Of a stretch of 54,562 bases of DNA, positions 1-8,058 are shown one piece after another. Within the stretch, counting starts at the first letter, position 1, and each line of letters starts with the position of its first letter. The notes beneath the pieces are model-generated. The model was not told where the DNA came from and did not search any database. It saw only the letters and a list, made by a program, of their open reading frames with translations. The stretch is from a virus (taxonomy: Duplodnaviria; Caudoviricetes): positions 1 through 54,562 of IMG/VR virus record IMGVR_UViG_3300042564_006016; one strand, given 5' to 3'. The position numbers and the translations under genes were made by a program.

Positions 1-146
1 CAAACCTGATTCCTAACCTGATCCCCAACCTGATTCCTAACCTGATCCACAACCTGATTCCTAACCTGACCCCAAACCTGACCCCTAACCTGATCCCCAA
101 CCTGATCCACAACCTGACCCCTAACCTGATTCCTAACCTGATTCCT
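1..146. repeat. 12-bp tandem repeat (AACCTGA(T/C)NCNN), left part
   Basis: Directly visible; same unit as 54292-54562. Confidence 0.95.
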
Positions 147-368
147 ACTTAAAATGTTTGCAGCCACCTGACAAGCAAAAGGCGAGTCCACCACTATTGT
201 TATAGGTGGCTTTAAGCCAGAAAATTCATAAAGCCAATTATTAGCTTCAATCATTTTTTGTTTATTAATTTTTTTTGATTTTTGGTTAAAAATTTTATCA
301 AGCCACTTGTTCTTATGAATACTAAGTTGTGCTTCTTGTTGTGGCGTTAATTTTTCAATTTTAGACAT
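1..368 (-). CDS. N-terminal part of DUF6745-like protein with QV(W/G/R)(D/N/G) repeats; continues at 54562-53523 across the assembly break
   Basis: ATG at 368 reads MSKIEKLTPQQEAQLSIHKNKWLDK... and runs open into the 12-bp repeat to base 1; the same repeat and peptide frame occur at the far end. Confidence 0.75.
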   Translation of the reverse strand, partial: MSKIEKLTPQQEAQLSIHKNKWLDKIFNQKSKKINKQKMIEANNWLYEFSGLKPPITIVVDSPFACQVAANILSRNQVRNQVRGQVVDQVGDQVRGQVWGQVRNQVVDQVRNQVGDQVRNQV

Positions 369-378
369 AAAAATAAAA

Positions 379-720
379 TTAATCTTGGACTTCTTTAATT
401 TTTTTAAGAAATGGATCATACTCCGTTTCTATCTTTTTTTTGTAGATTCCAATTGGAATTACAAGAGGGGCATGCTCTTCATGCGTAATAACTGCTGGGG
501 CTTCTTTGACCTCTACATATTGAGTCGCCTTAACATCGTCAAAATAGAAGTTAACAATTCCACCCTTAGTAGGGGTAATTACATGGGCGTTGCCAGTGTG
601 TTCTCCATACTCAATGGCAGTACCATTTTTGTGGTTATTTTTGATGTTTTGAATTTTTGCTGTTTTTGGGATTGAAGAGACTTTAAGCAAGTCAACATCT
701 CCATGTGTAATATTAGACAT
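379..720 (-). CDS. Conserved small His-rich protein (HGDV / GEHTGNAH / HEEH / EYDP), neighbour of the DUF6745-like gene
   Basis: ORF track 379..735; ATG at 720 preferred because it lies 6 nt after a consensus -10. Confidence 0.75.
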   Translation of the reverse strand: MSNITHGDVDLLKVSSIPKTAKIQNIKNNHKNGTAIEYGEHTGNAHVITPTKGGIVNFYFDDVKATQYVEVKEAPAVITHEEHAPLVIPIGIYKKKIETEYDPFLKKIKEVQD

Positions 721-726
721 AAAAAG

Positions 727-755
727 ATTATACAATATACATAAAGTAATGTCAA
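727..755 (-). promoter_or_regulatory. Consensus sigma70-type promoter, probably leaderless transcript
   Basis: TTGACA(755-750)-17 nt-TATAAT(732-727), ATG at 720. Confidence 0.85.
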
Positions 756-807
756 ATAATTATTTTGCATTGAAGTTTTGACAAATTACCAACTTTAACT
801 AACACTA

Positions 808-1168
808 AAAAAGATTACACGGTGAATTCACTGGGTATCGGTCTGGATTAGCCGTAGGTTTGAATCCTTAAATTATTCTATAGCATACAAGTAAATAGGG
901 TTCTATCCTATGCTTTATGTTCTGGGTAACTAGGCATATAAAGCTTGTAATAATATCCTAAAGGGTTAAATGCTAGAAAATACCACTTTAGCTCTGCCAG
1001 CCTATAAAATTTCTAGTTGTAAAGAGGTGGGCAATGACAAAAATCAACTAGACGGCTCTACAGCTCTTATTCTAGTTTGGGCTGTAACTGAACAATTACT
1101 ACAAAAAGGAAGCGGTGAATATCTGTAACTCCTTTTTAGCCTTCTGCCTTTGCCGAGGGCTTTTTGTT
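808..1168 (+). ncRNA. Candidate ~350-nt structured ncRNA of unknown class
   Basis: ORF-free; 5' TTACA..ATTCACTG (815-833) pairs with CGGTGAATATCTGTAA (1113-1128); several internal helices; TTGACA at 778; terminator at 1139-1168. Confidence 0.65.
1139..1168 (+). terminator. Intrinsic terminator
   Basis: GCCTTC...GAGGGC stem followed by TTTTTGTTT. Confidence 0.65.
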
Positions 1169-1228
1169 TGAGGTAAATATAAACTTTTGACAAAAACAAA
1201 TAATTAGAGTTTTATAGGGAAGTAGATT

Positions 1229-1331
1229 TTAGTTAATTGAATAGAGGGTAGGTAATTTGAGGGTTGGCTTGACGGTTATCCTGAGAGTTTTCTACACTCC
1301 ATTCAGCTAATTAAAAGCTGTAAAACCGTCA
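1229..1331 (+). promoter_or_regulatory. Structured 5' leader (long hairpin plus pseudoknot) of the initiator gene
   Basis: 1229-1251 pairs with 1292-1314; loop TGACGGTT (1270-1277) is complementary to AACCGTCA (1324-1331), 3 nt before ATG. Confidence 0.6.
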
Positions 1332-1334
1332 CCT

Positions 1335-2192
1335 ATGCACTGGAAACAACCAATCACAACAGAGTGTCTTAAAATGGACACTGCAACTCGTCTTATTTTT
1401 ATGGAAATAATGATAAGAGCAAGAAATGAGGATATGACCTATCCTGAATTTATTAGACACGGAAATAAAAACATTTCTTACCAACTTAAAAGAGGGCAAT
1501 CTTTATTTTTATCTTCAAATTTAAAAAATGTTGGTTTTACAAGAACGACAATAGAAAGAAGTTTAAAATTACTTTCCGATAAAAATTCAGCAATCAATAT
1601 TGCAATCAATCGACAGCCATTTGGCTTTATTATATCAATAAATAACTATGATGAGTTAGTTAGCATTGCAATCAATAGTGAAATCAAACAACAATCAAAC
1701 AGCAATCAAACAACAATCAAACAGCACGCCAATAACAAGAATGTTAATAATGATAAACCTGTTAAGAGTGTAGAGATTAATTTGGAGGCTCAAGAAATTT
1801 TAAACTTTTACAACGAAACTTTTTCTAAGAATTTCAAAACCGCTGTAGGCTGGGAAAAGAATTTTAAATTTTGGCTGACACACTACAACCTAGACGAAAT
1901 CAAAACTGCAATTAGAAATTTAAACCACCCTAACTGGTGGGCAAACAAACCCAAGAATGGTGAATCAGCTGAATTAGCTAAACTTGACTTTTTGTTTAGG
2001 AGGTCAAACTCGAAAGGTGACTGCGATTATATCGGAGAACTTTTGAATTTAGGTGAAGTTGAAAATAAGCAAGAACCAGAAAATGTTTATCGAATGAGTA
2101 GGAGTAAGTTTGCAACCGAAGAGGAGCTACAAAGAGAGCTTGCCTACTATGCTGAGTGTTTACCTCAGTGGAAAGTAATTTTAATTGATTAA
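1335..2192 (+). CDS. Phage replication initiator (lambda O-like)
   Basis: N-terminal LKRGQ..wHTH-like region, low-complexity iteron linker, C-terminal helical domain; directly upstream of DnaB. Confidence 0.8.
   Translation: MHWKQPITTECLKMDTATRLIFMEIMIRARNEDMTYPEFIRHGNKNISYQLKRGQSLFLSSNLKNVGFTRTTIERSLKLLSDKNSAINIAINRQPFGFIISINNYDELVSIAINSEIKQQSNSNQTTIKQHANNKNVNNDKPVKSVEINLEAQEILNFYNETFSKNFKTAVGWEKNFKFWLTHYNLDEIKTAIRNLNHPNWWANKPKNGESAELAKLDFLFRRSNSKGDCDYIGELLNLGEVENKQEPENVYRMSRSKFATEEELQRELAYYAECLPQWKVILID
1590..1725 (+). repeat. Iterons / probable replication origin inside the initiator gene
   Basis: GCAATCAA x3 plus four tandem AATCAAACA(A/G)C units at 1682-1725. Confidence 0.7.
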
Positions 2193-2194
2193 GT

Positions 2195-3391
2195 ATGAAC
2201 ATTGAACAAACAATAATTGGAAATTTGCTTTTAGCAGACACGGTTGAAAAACAAAAAACACTTAGTAGTCGGCTTTTATCTGATTTTTTTACTGATATTA
2301 ACCAAAAAATAATCCAAAAAATAAAAGATGAGAATAGCCAAAATAGAGTAGTTGACTGGCAATTTGTAAATTTAGATAACTTAGAAAATAGCCAAGATTA
2401 TTTGCTTGGGTGCATTGCTCAATCAGTACATTATACCAAGGAAAAAGAAATGTTACACCATTTGAAGGAAGATTATTTGCTTAGAACCACACAAAACATA
2501 GCAGATTTGAAAGATTTTAGGTTAGCCAAGGCAAAGATACTAGAGGCTGAAGAAAAAGCCCAAATATTGGACGAGACAACGCCAAGGACAATCCAAGAAG
2601 TAGTGGAAAGTAGCTTAACCAGTTCAACTCAAAATTTAAACAAGCTTACAAAAACAGGATTTAGTAATTTTGATTCTAGTTTTGGTGGTTTTAGCGAAGG
2701 TCAATTATGTACAATAGGAGGCTACTCAGGAATTGGAAAGTCAACTTTTCTTTTTAGTTTAGTCAAAAATCTAAGTCAAAATAATCAAACTTTAATTTTT
2801 AATTTGGAAATGGACAACTACACTATGTCCGCAAGGATTTTATCCAGTTTATCTGGCTTGTCTTTTATCGATTGTATGAGTTTAGGAAACCCCGAAACCC
2901 AAGAGAAAATAGCAAAATATAGCTCAGATAAATACGCAATAGGAAGCCAAAAAATGGAAAATTTAAACCTTAAAATGGTAGATAACCAGTTTGAATTAGC
3001 TCAAATTTGTACTACAATTAGAAAAGAAAAGACTAAAAACAATCTTAAATTTGTTTTAGTTGACTATCTCCAATTGATCAAAACAAACAGCACAAAACCT
3101 CGCCACATCGAAATAGGTGAGATCACAAGAGAATTGAAATTATTAGCTAAGGAGCTGAAAATAACAATCATTATTTTAGCTCAGTTAGGCAGAGCCTCTT
3201 TAACTAGAGAAGAGCCTGAAATACAAGACTTGAGAGAATCTGGAAGCATAGAGCAAGACAGTGATTTAGTATTTTTAATCTACAAAAACAGTAAAAACGA
3301 AAGGTGGTTAAAATTAGCAAAAGACCGAATGTTCGGCTTTTTTGTAAAAGAATCATTAAGCTACAACCCTTCAACCCAATCTTATGAATAA
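2195..3391 (+). CDS. dnaB: Replicative DnaB-like helicase
   Basis: Walker A GYSGIGKS, FNLEM, VDYLQL, LAQL, DLRESGSIEQDSD. Confidence 0.95.
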   Translation: MNIEQTIIGNLLLADTVEKQKTLSSRLLSDFFTDINQKIIQKIKDENSQNRVVDWQFVNLDNLENSQDYLLGCIAQSVHYTKEKEMLHHLKEDYLLRTTQNIADLKDFRLAKAKILEAEEKAQILDETTPRTIQEVVESSLTSSTQNLNKLTKTGFSNFDSSFGGFSEGQLCTIGGYSGIGKSTFLFSLVKNLSQNNQTLIFNLEMDNYTMSARILSSLSGLSFIDCMSLGNPETQEKIAKYSSDKYAIGSQKMENLNLKMVDNQFELAQICTTIRKEKTKNNLKFVLVDYLQLIKTNSTKPRHIEIGEITRELKLLAKELKITIIILAQLGRASLTREEPEIQDLRESGSIEQDSDLVFLIYKNSKNERWLKLAKDRMFGFFVKESLSYNPSTQSYE

Positions 3392-3569
3392 TAAAATAAC
3401 AAGGTTAAAAAGAATTTTACCACACTTAGGAAAATTTACCTTAAAACAACAAGCAATAATAATTTTTAAAATCTTAACAGATAAAAGTAAATTGATATAA
3501 TACTTACTCAGCCAAGGCAAGATTTGACAATACTTTAAAGTAGTGTCTTATTAAAAGCAATTCAAATTT

Positions 3570-3788
3570 ATGTCCAACTACAAAGTAACAGAACTAATCT
3601 TATCTCCAGATAAAATTATTTCAATTATTAAACAACATGGTGAGTTTTCTTTAACTTGGCATTACAGAGTAGATAAAACGAGAAAAATTTGTATAGAAAT
3701 GTGCAAAAATAAAATATTATACAGATCTCAACATTCTCGAGGTTTAGACACATTTATTTTTCATAAAAACTATAAAACTAATTATTAA
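3570..3788 (+). CDS. Hypothetical protein
   Basis: ORF downstream of a TTGACA promoter near 3524. Confidence 0.6.
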   Translation: MSNYKVTELILSPDKIISIIKQHGEFSLTWHYRVDKTRKICIEMCKNKILYRSQHSRGLDTFIFHKNYKTNY

Positions 3789-3916
3789 ACTCTTATGTCC
3801 TCCTACACCCTCCACCAAACAATCCACGACCTAACCCCAACCCAACAAGAACCAATTAAAAAAGCAAGAGATTTTTTTAATTCTATGTGGAATTTGTAAA
3901 TGGTAATAAGTAAAAT

Positions 3917-4201
3917 ATGCCCAAAATAACAACCCAACCAACCCCAACTAAAAACCTCTCTTGGGTTGACAGCCAAAATCTTGAAATATTAGAAGATTGG
4001 CAAATTAATATACAAGAACACTTTCAAGAATATCCAGAAGTTAAAAATAAGTATTTAGCTATGGATTTTGAGGAGTTTAGCAAGGAGCTAAGCACTTACG
4101 CTGAAAGGCTTTCAAAAATGCTTATGGCGTGGTATAGTGAAGCAAAAAAAGTACCACACAAACATTTTATGGTAAATAATAATTTAAATCTTTTAAAATA
4201 G
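3917..4201 (+). CDS. Hypothetical protein
   Basis: ORF in tightly packed operon. Confidence 0.7.
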   Translation: MPKITTQPTPTKNLSWVDSQNLEILEDWQINIQEHFQEYPEVKNKYLAMDFEEFSKELSTYAERLSKMLMAWYSEAKKVPHKHFMVNNNLNLLK

Positions 4202-4202
4202 T

Positions 4203-4454
4203 ATGCAATTTATAACAATAAGATCAAACGGAGAGCCTGCAAATATAATTGTAAACGGCAACCAGCCAAAAATCATCAAAATCGAACCAGATATGTCACC
4301 TCATTTTGTAGGCAAAACTGTTTGGGCTTGTTTTGACAATGGTTGGTTGCAAAAAACTTGGTTTCAAAATCTCTATTTAGAGGTTAGCAGTGAATCAACC
4401 AAAATTTACAAAGAGACTTTTTTTAAAGCTAAAATCCTTAAAATTAAAAAATAG
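4203..4454 (+). CDS. Hypothetical protein
   Basis: ORF abutting neighbours (TAGTATG junctions). Confidence 0.7.
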   Translation: MQFITIRSNGEPANIIVNGNQPKIIKIEPDMSPHFVGKTVWACFDNGWLQKTWFQNLYLEVSSESTKIYKETFFKAKILKIKK

Positions 4455-4455
4455 T

Positions 4456-5181
4456 ATGTTCAAAACTAAAAAACTAACTAGACTAACCAAAAAAGAAAAA
4501 CGAGAGAAATTTAATTACGAAAATCGAGTCACTCGAGAAAGTAAAGAAATATTCTTAAACACCCACAAACCTTACCCAGAATTTGAAGAGTGGGTTTTTA
4601 ATAGATTTACAGGCGTTACAGACAAGGAAATAGTAAAAAAGCAATACGATGACAGAATAAATAAGTTTGAGATGGACGAGGTAGCTCAAGGTCATTTTGA
4701 CTGGATCAGAGATTACCTAGACAAAAACAGAGGTGATCAGATGTATCTCATGGCGGACAATTATTTGATTGATCAAAAAAAACCCTACGACCGCTTTGGA
4801 AAATTTGCAATTCTTAACACAACTACAACTTGTGATTTTAAACCAAGAGGAGCGGAAGAGAATGGTCAAGAAACTATTGTTTTAGCGGGTAGTGACGCTT
4901 TTATACCAATTTCACGACATTTGTTTGATAATGGCGGTAATGGAATTATTATTGGCAATGTAACTAAAGGCGAAGTTATTTCGCAATACAGCCAAACAAG
5001 AGAAGTTGAAAAGAAAGTCTATGAAACTAAAATACAAAAGCAAGAAGTCAACAGCGGAATTAGTTTGAAAAAAATCGAAAAAGAATTGCAAAAAGCAAGG
5101 CATATTTTGCTAAAAAAGTATCCTAAAAATGTAGTTGATGATATACTAGAAACTGTATTTAATCGCATTAAAGACTTATAG
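4456..5181 (+). CDS. Hypothetical protein
   Basis: ORF track 4390..5181; ATG 4456 directly follows the previous stop. Confidence 0.75.
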   Translation: MFKTKKLTRLTKKEKREKFNYENRVTRESKEIFLNTHKPYPEFEEWVFNRFTGVTDKEIVKKQYDDRINKFEMDEVAQGHFDWIRDYLDKNRGDQMYLMADNYLIDQKKPYDRFGKFAILNTTTTCDFKPRGAEENGQETIVLAGSDAFIPISRHLFDNGGNGIIIGNVTKGEVISQYSQTREVEKKVYETKIQKQEVNSGISLKKIEKELQKARHILLKKYPKNVVDDILETVFNRIKDL

Positions 5182-5400
5182 TTATACTAAGTCACTACTT
5201 ATAAGTTGACAGAAAATAATTTGTTTGTTTTAATTGTAATCAGTTAATCAGTAAGTCGATTGATTCAGCCAAACTTCTTAGCTAATCATCTTACAGGTTA
5301 ATCCCTCAGCTTTTCTAGTTTTAGCTCTAATCGGTTAAAGCAACTCCACTCTAGGGATAGAGCGGTGAAAAGCTACAAAATAATTAAAATTGTATTATAT

Positions 5401-5868
5401 ATGAACACAAAACAACTCGTCCAAACTTCTGCTAATGTAATCAGAATAGTTAATGTTGCCCCAGGCAATTTATATAAAAGATTTGATCTTGACGGTTATG
5501 ACTCAGACAAAACTATTTATGGTATTGTAAATTCAGTACATAACGATGGTGAAAATACTGTAATTCAAGCTACAGAATATAAAAAAAGCTACAATGAGGT
5601 AGAAGTAAAATATACAAATATTACATCAAAAAAAGATGTAGTAATGTTTCCTTGCACAATTGAAGAGTTTTCATTTGAATTTGAAAAAGTAATAGATGAC
5701 CTTAGCAAACAAATTGAAAAAGAAACAAGATCAATTGAAAACAAGCAAAAGCAAATTAAAGATATTAAAAAACTTCAATCTGGAGAATTACAAAAAACTC
5801 TATCACAAGCAACTTATAAAGAATTAACGCAAATTCAGTATAACGAAGCAAAACAAGCTTTAAATTAA
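5401..5868 (+). CDS. Hypothetical protein with C-terminal coiled coil
   Basis: ORF track 5365..5868; ATG 5401 preferred. Confidence 0.75.
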   Translation: MNTKQLVQTSANVIRIVNVAPGNLYKRFDLDGYDSDKTIYGIVNSVHNDGENTVIQATEYKKSYNEVEVKYTNITSKKDVVMFPCTIEEFSFEFEKVIDDLSKQIEKETRSIENKQKQIKDIKKLQSGELQKTLSQATYKELTQIQYNEAKQALN

Positions 5869-5885
5869 AATTGTAAATAATAACT

Positions 5886-6230
5886 ATGCCAAATGTAAAT
5901 TCAATTAACAAGCTTATTGTAGCGATAAATGAAGCTCAAATCATTCAAAAAGAAATTCAAGATGAAATAATTGGAGATCTTGGTTACTTAACACCAGATA
6001 ATTTTTGGTTTGAGTCGGTTGGTTATATTGATGGCTCAGAAGATGAGCATAGATGGTACACTCTAAACGATGTTGTGTATCAAACTCCTCTAGGAATAAT
6101 CGGATTAAATATTATAACCAAAAATTACGGTAACGAATCTGGTCAGGTTATAGAAGATTGTGAGCATACAATTGAAGCTTTTGAAGTTACTACAAAAGTT
6201 ATTACTAAAGAAATTTTTATTAAAAAATAA
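5886..6230 (+). CDS. Hypothetical acidic protein
   Basis: ORF in operon; DEHRWY motif. Confidence 0.7.
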   Translation: MPNVNSINKLIVAINEAQIIQKEIQDEIIGDLGYLTPDNFWFESVGYIDGSEDEHRWYTLNDVVYQTPLGIIGLNIITKNYGNESGQVIEDCEHTIEAFEVTTKVITKEIFIKK

Positions 6231-6234
6231 TAAT

Positions 6235-6540
6235 ATGCAAAACCTAACATTCAGACAATACCAAAAACCAACCTCAACTCTTGAAACTCTTTTTGAGGAT
6301 GTTGAAGCAGATTTGGATTCTACTTTAGATCAATTAACAAATCAACTTGAAAAGCTAGATGAGCAAGGCTATGGCTATCAATACAAATCTTATACTTGCG
6401 AGGCTGGCTATACTCACGATGAGTTAATTGACAGATCGGCAAAGCCTGAATATGTAGAAATTGAAGAAGCTATTTTAGAAATTCAATTATTTATACAGAG
6501 CCAAAAAAATCTATTAAAAACAATCAATAAGTATGTCTAA
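6235..6540 (+). CDS. Hypothetical protein
   Basis: ORF track 6160..6540; ATG 6235 follows the previous stop. Confidence 0.7.
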   Translation: MQNLTFRQYQKPTSTLETLFEDVEADLDSTLDQLTNQLEKLDEQGYGYQYKSYTCEAGYTHDELIDRSAKPEYVEIEEAILEIQLFIQSQKNLLKTINKYV

Positions 6541-6862
6541 TACAGTAACAATCAGCAACAAAACCTACACATTAACAGACCTAGAGTTAGAACTTTATAA
6601 TAATCTTAAAAAACAATAGTATGCTACAAGATACATTTAATTTTAATATTTATGAAAATAACGATTTGATAACTAGTTGGAGTCAATATTCAACTAATCA
6701 CCCTCAATCGTGGCTTTGGGGGCAAATTTTAGCCAAAAAACAATAATATGAATCTTAAATTTTCACCTCCTGAATGGGCAACTAATGTACTAAGTTTTTT
6801 AATCTTAGTTGGTATTTTTGCTTTCTTTTTATATTTACCTTGGATTTTTCAAATTTAATTTT

Positions 6863-7057
6863 ATGACTTTTAACACCAACTTTGTTTATTATGTTCAACA
6901 CATAACAGCTCGAGATTCTAAAAAGTTCTGGGTAAGGCATATTGATAAAACTGATCTTAACCTTAGCACTGTTTTAGAATTTCCACTTTTTGAAACTGAA
7001 GAAGAAGCTCAAAAAGTAGCTGATTTTAACAATAAATTATATGGTTATTTAAACTAA
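6863..7057 (+). CDS. Hypothetical protein
   Basis: ORF track 6809..7057; ATG 6863 preferred. Confidence 0.6.
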   Translation: MTFNTNFVYYVQHITARDSKKFWVRHIDKTDLNLSTVLEFPLFETEEEAQKVADFNNKLYGYLN

Positions 7058-7090
7058 CCAGCCGACCGTAAAAGTCGTTAAACTAATTAT

Positions 7091-7183
7091 GAGCTGGTGG
7101 CGGAAGTAGACGCTTAGGGGTTTAAATCTTGAAAAAGTACCTACCCGAAAATATTGCAAGTATCGAATCTTGCCCAGCTCACC
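7091..7183 (+). tRNA. Atypical tRNA-like RNA (class II-like D arm; nominal anticodon TTA)
   Basis: Acceptor GAGCTGG/CCAGCTC+ACC, D arm TGGCGGAAGTAGACGC, T arm GCAAG-TATCGAAT-CTTGC; weak anticodon stem. Confidence 0.55.
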
Positions 7184-7199
7184 TTTTACAGCTTGAAAT

Positions 7200-7315
7200 C
7201 TAAAATCTGGAGTGGTGAAATATAAACACAAGCAACTGGCGTACATGCTAGAACGGCACCGAGATCTAGAGTGGGTTCTTTGCAAGAGTGCAAGTCTCTT
7301 GCCTCCAGATTTTAG
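7200..7315 (+). ncRNA. Second tRNA-like RNA with extended acceptor and T stems and no canonical anticodon loop
   Basis: 13-bp CTAAAATCTGGAG/CTCCAGATTTTAG, D-like TGGTGAAATATAAACAC, GCAAGAG-TGCAAGT-CTCTTGC. Confidence 0.55.
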
Positions 7316-7337
7316 CTTTTAATGCTAAATTTTTATT

Positions 7338-8057
7338 ATGTCTTTATCAAACCCACAAACAAGTCAAAATCCTGCAACCAAAATTATTGATTGGAAAGGA
7401 AGCGAAGGTTACTTTAAATATTACAACAAAGAAATTAAAGAAGATATTAGGCTAGAGTCTCCACTTTATATTATAGTTTTAGACCAACTTTCTACAATTA
7501 CAGGTTACAGTGATGAAATGCAAAGCGGAATTTGGTCAAACGAAGTTAGACTAACAGCAAAAGAAGAGTTTTTTGTAAAAACTAAACAAGGCGTACAAGC
7601 AAAAGGGTTGTACCAAACAATCAAACCACAAATAGTACAAATGGGTGGCAAATATGCTAAATCCGTTTATGCAGTTTTAATTTCTGGAGATAAAGAAAAT
7701 ACAAAATTAGATTTAGTAAATTTTAAATTTTATGGAAGCTCTTTAAGCCCTTTTATTGAAGCAAAAATTGGTGATACTGGAGAAGTAATTTTATTAGAAC
7801 AAAACCCAGAAATTAAGAAAAAAGGTGCTACAAAATACTATGAACCTAAAATTACAAAACTTCAAAAAAGAGAAGATATTTTAGAAAAAGCAATTAACTT
7901 AGATAAGGAACTACAAGAATACTTACAAGCCTATTTTTCGAAAGAAATTGACGGAGGCGAAATTATTCAACAGTCAATCCCGCAACCTATAGCAAAAGCA
8001 AGCTCAGAAATGCCAGAAATTAACATGGACGAAATAACAGTGCAAATGCCTTTTTAG
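7338..8057 (+). CDS. Putative ssDNA-binding/annealing protein
   Basis: Acidic C-terminal tail ending MPF; adjacent to exonuclease. Confidence 0.55.
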   Translation: MSLSNPQTSQNPATKIIDWKGSEGYFKYYNKEIKEDIRLESPLYIIVLDQLSTITGYSDEMQSGIWSNEVRLTAKEEFFVKTKQGVQAKGLYQTIKPQIVQMGGKYAKSVYAVLISGDKENTKLDLVNFKFYGSSLSPFIEAKIGDTGEVILLEQNPEIKKKGATKYYEPKITKLQKREDILEKAINLDKELQEYLQAYFSKEIDGGEIIQQSIPQPIAKASSEMPEINMDEITVQMPF

Positions 8058-8058
8058 T

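Noticed and set aside
1-146. Terminal repeats as CRISPR array, telomere or DGR variable region
   Set aside because: Tandem 12-mers with no spacers, coding in frame; no cas or reverse transcriptase gene and no template/variable repeat pair seen
808-1168. tmRNA, RNase P or SRP identity for the large RNA
   Set aside because: No GGGG..CCA tRNA-like ends, no GAGGAAAGTCC, no SRP TCAGG..GGAAGCAGC motif
7120-7126. Stop-codon reassignment implied by the TTA anticodon
   Set aside because: Core genes are full length in code 11 and end in TAA, TAG or TGA at sensible positions
7049-7285. Minus-strand 78-aa ORF, and similar short antisense ORFs over long genes (e.g. 16182..16529, 35447..35794, 48400..48726)
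   Set aside because: Shadow ORFs opposite better-supported genes or RNAs
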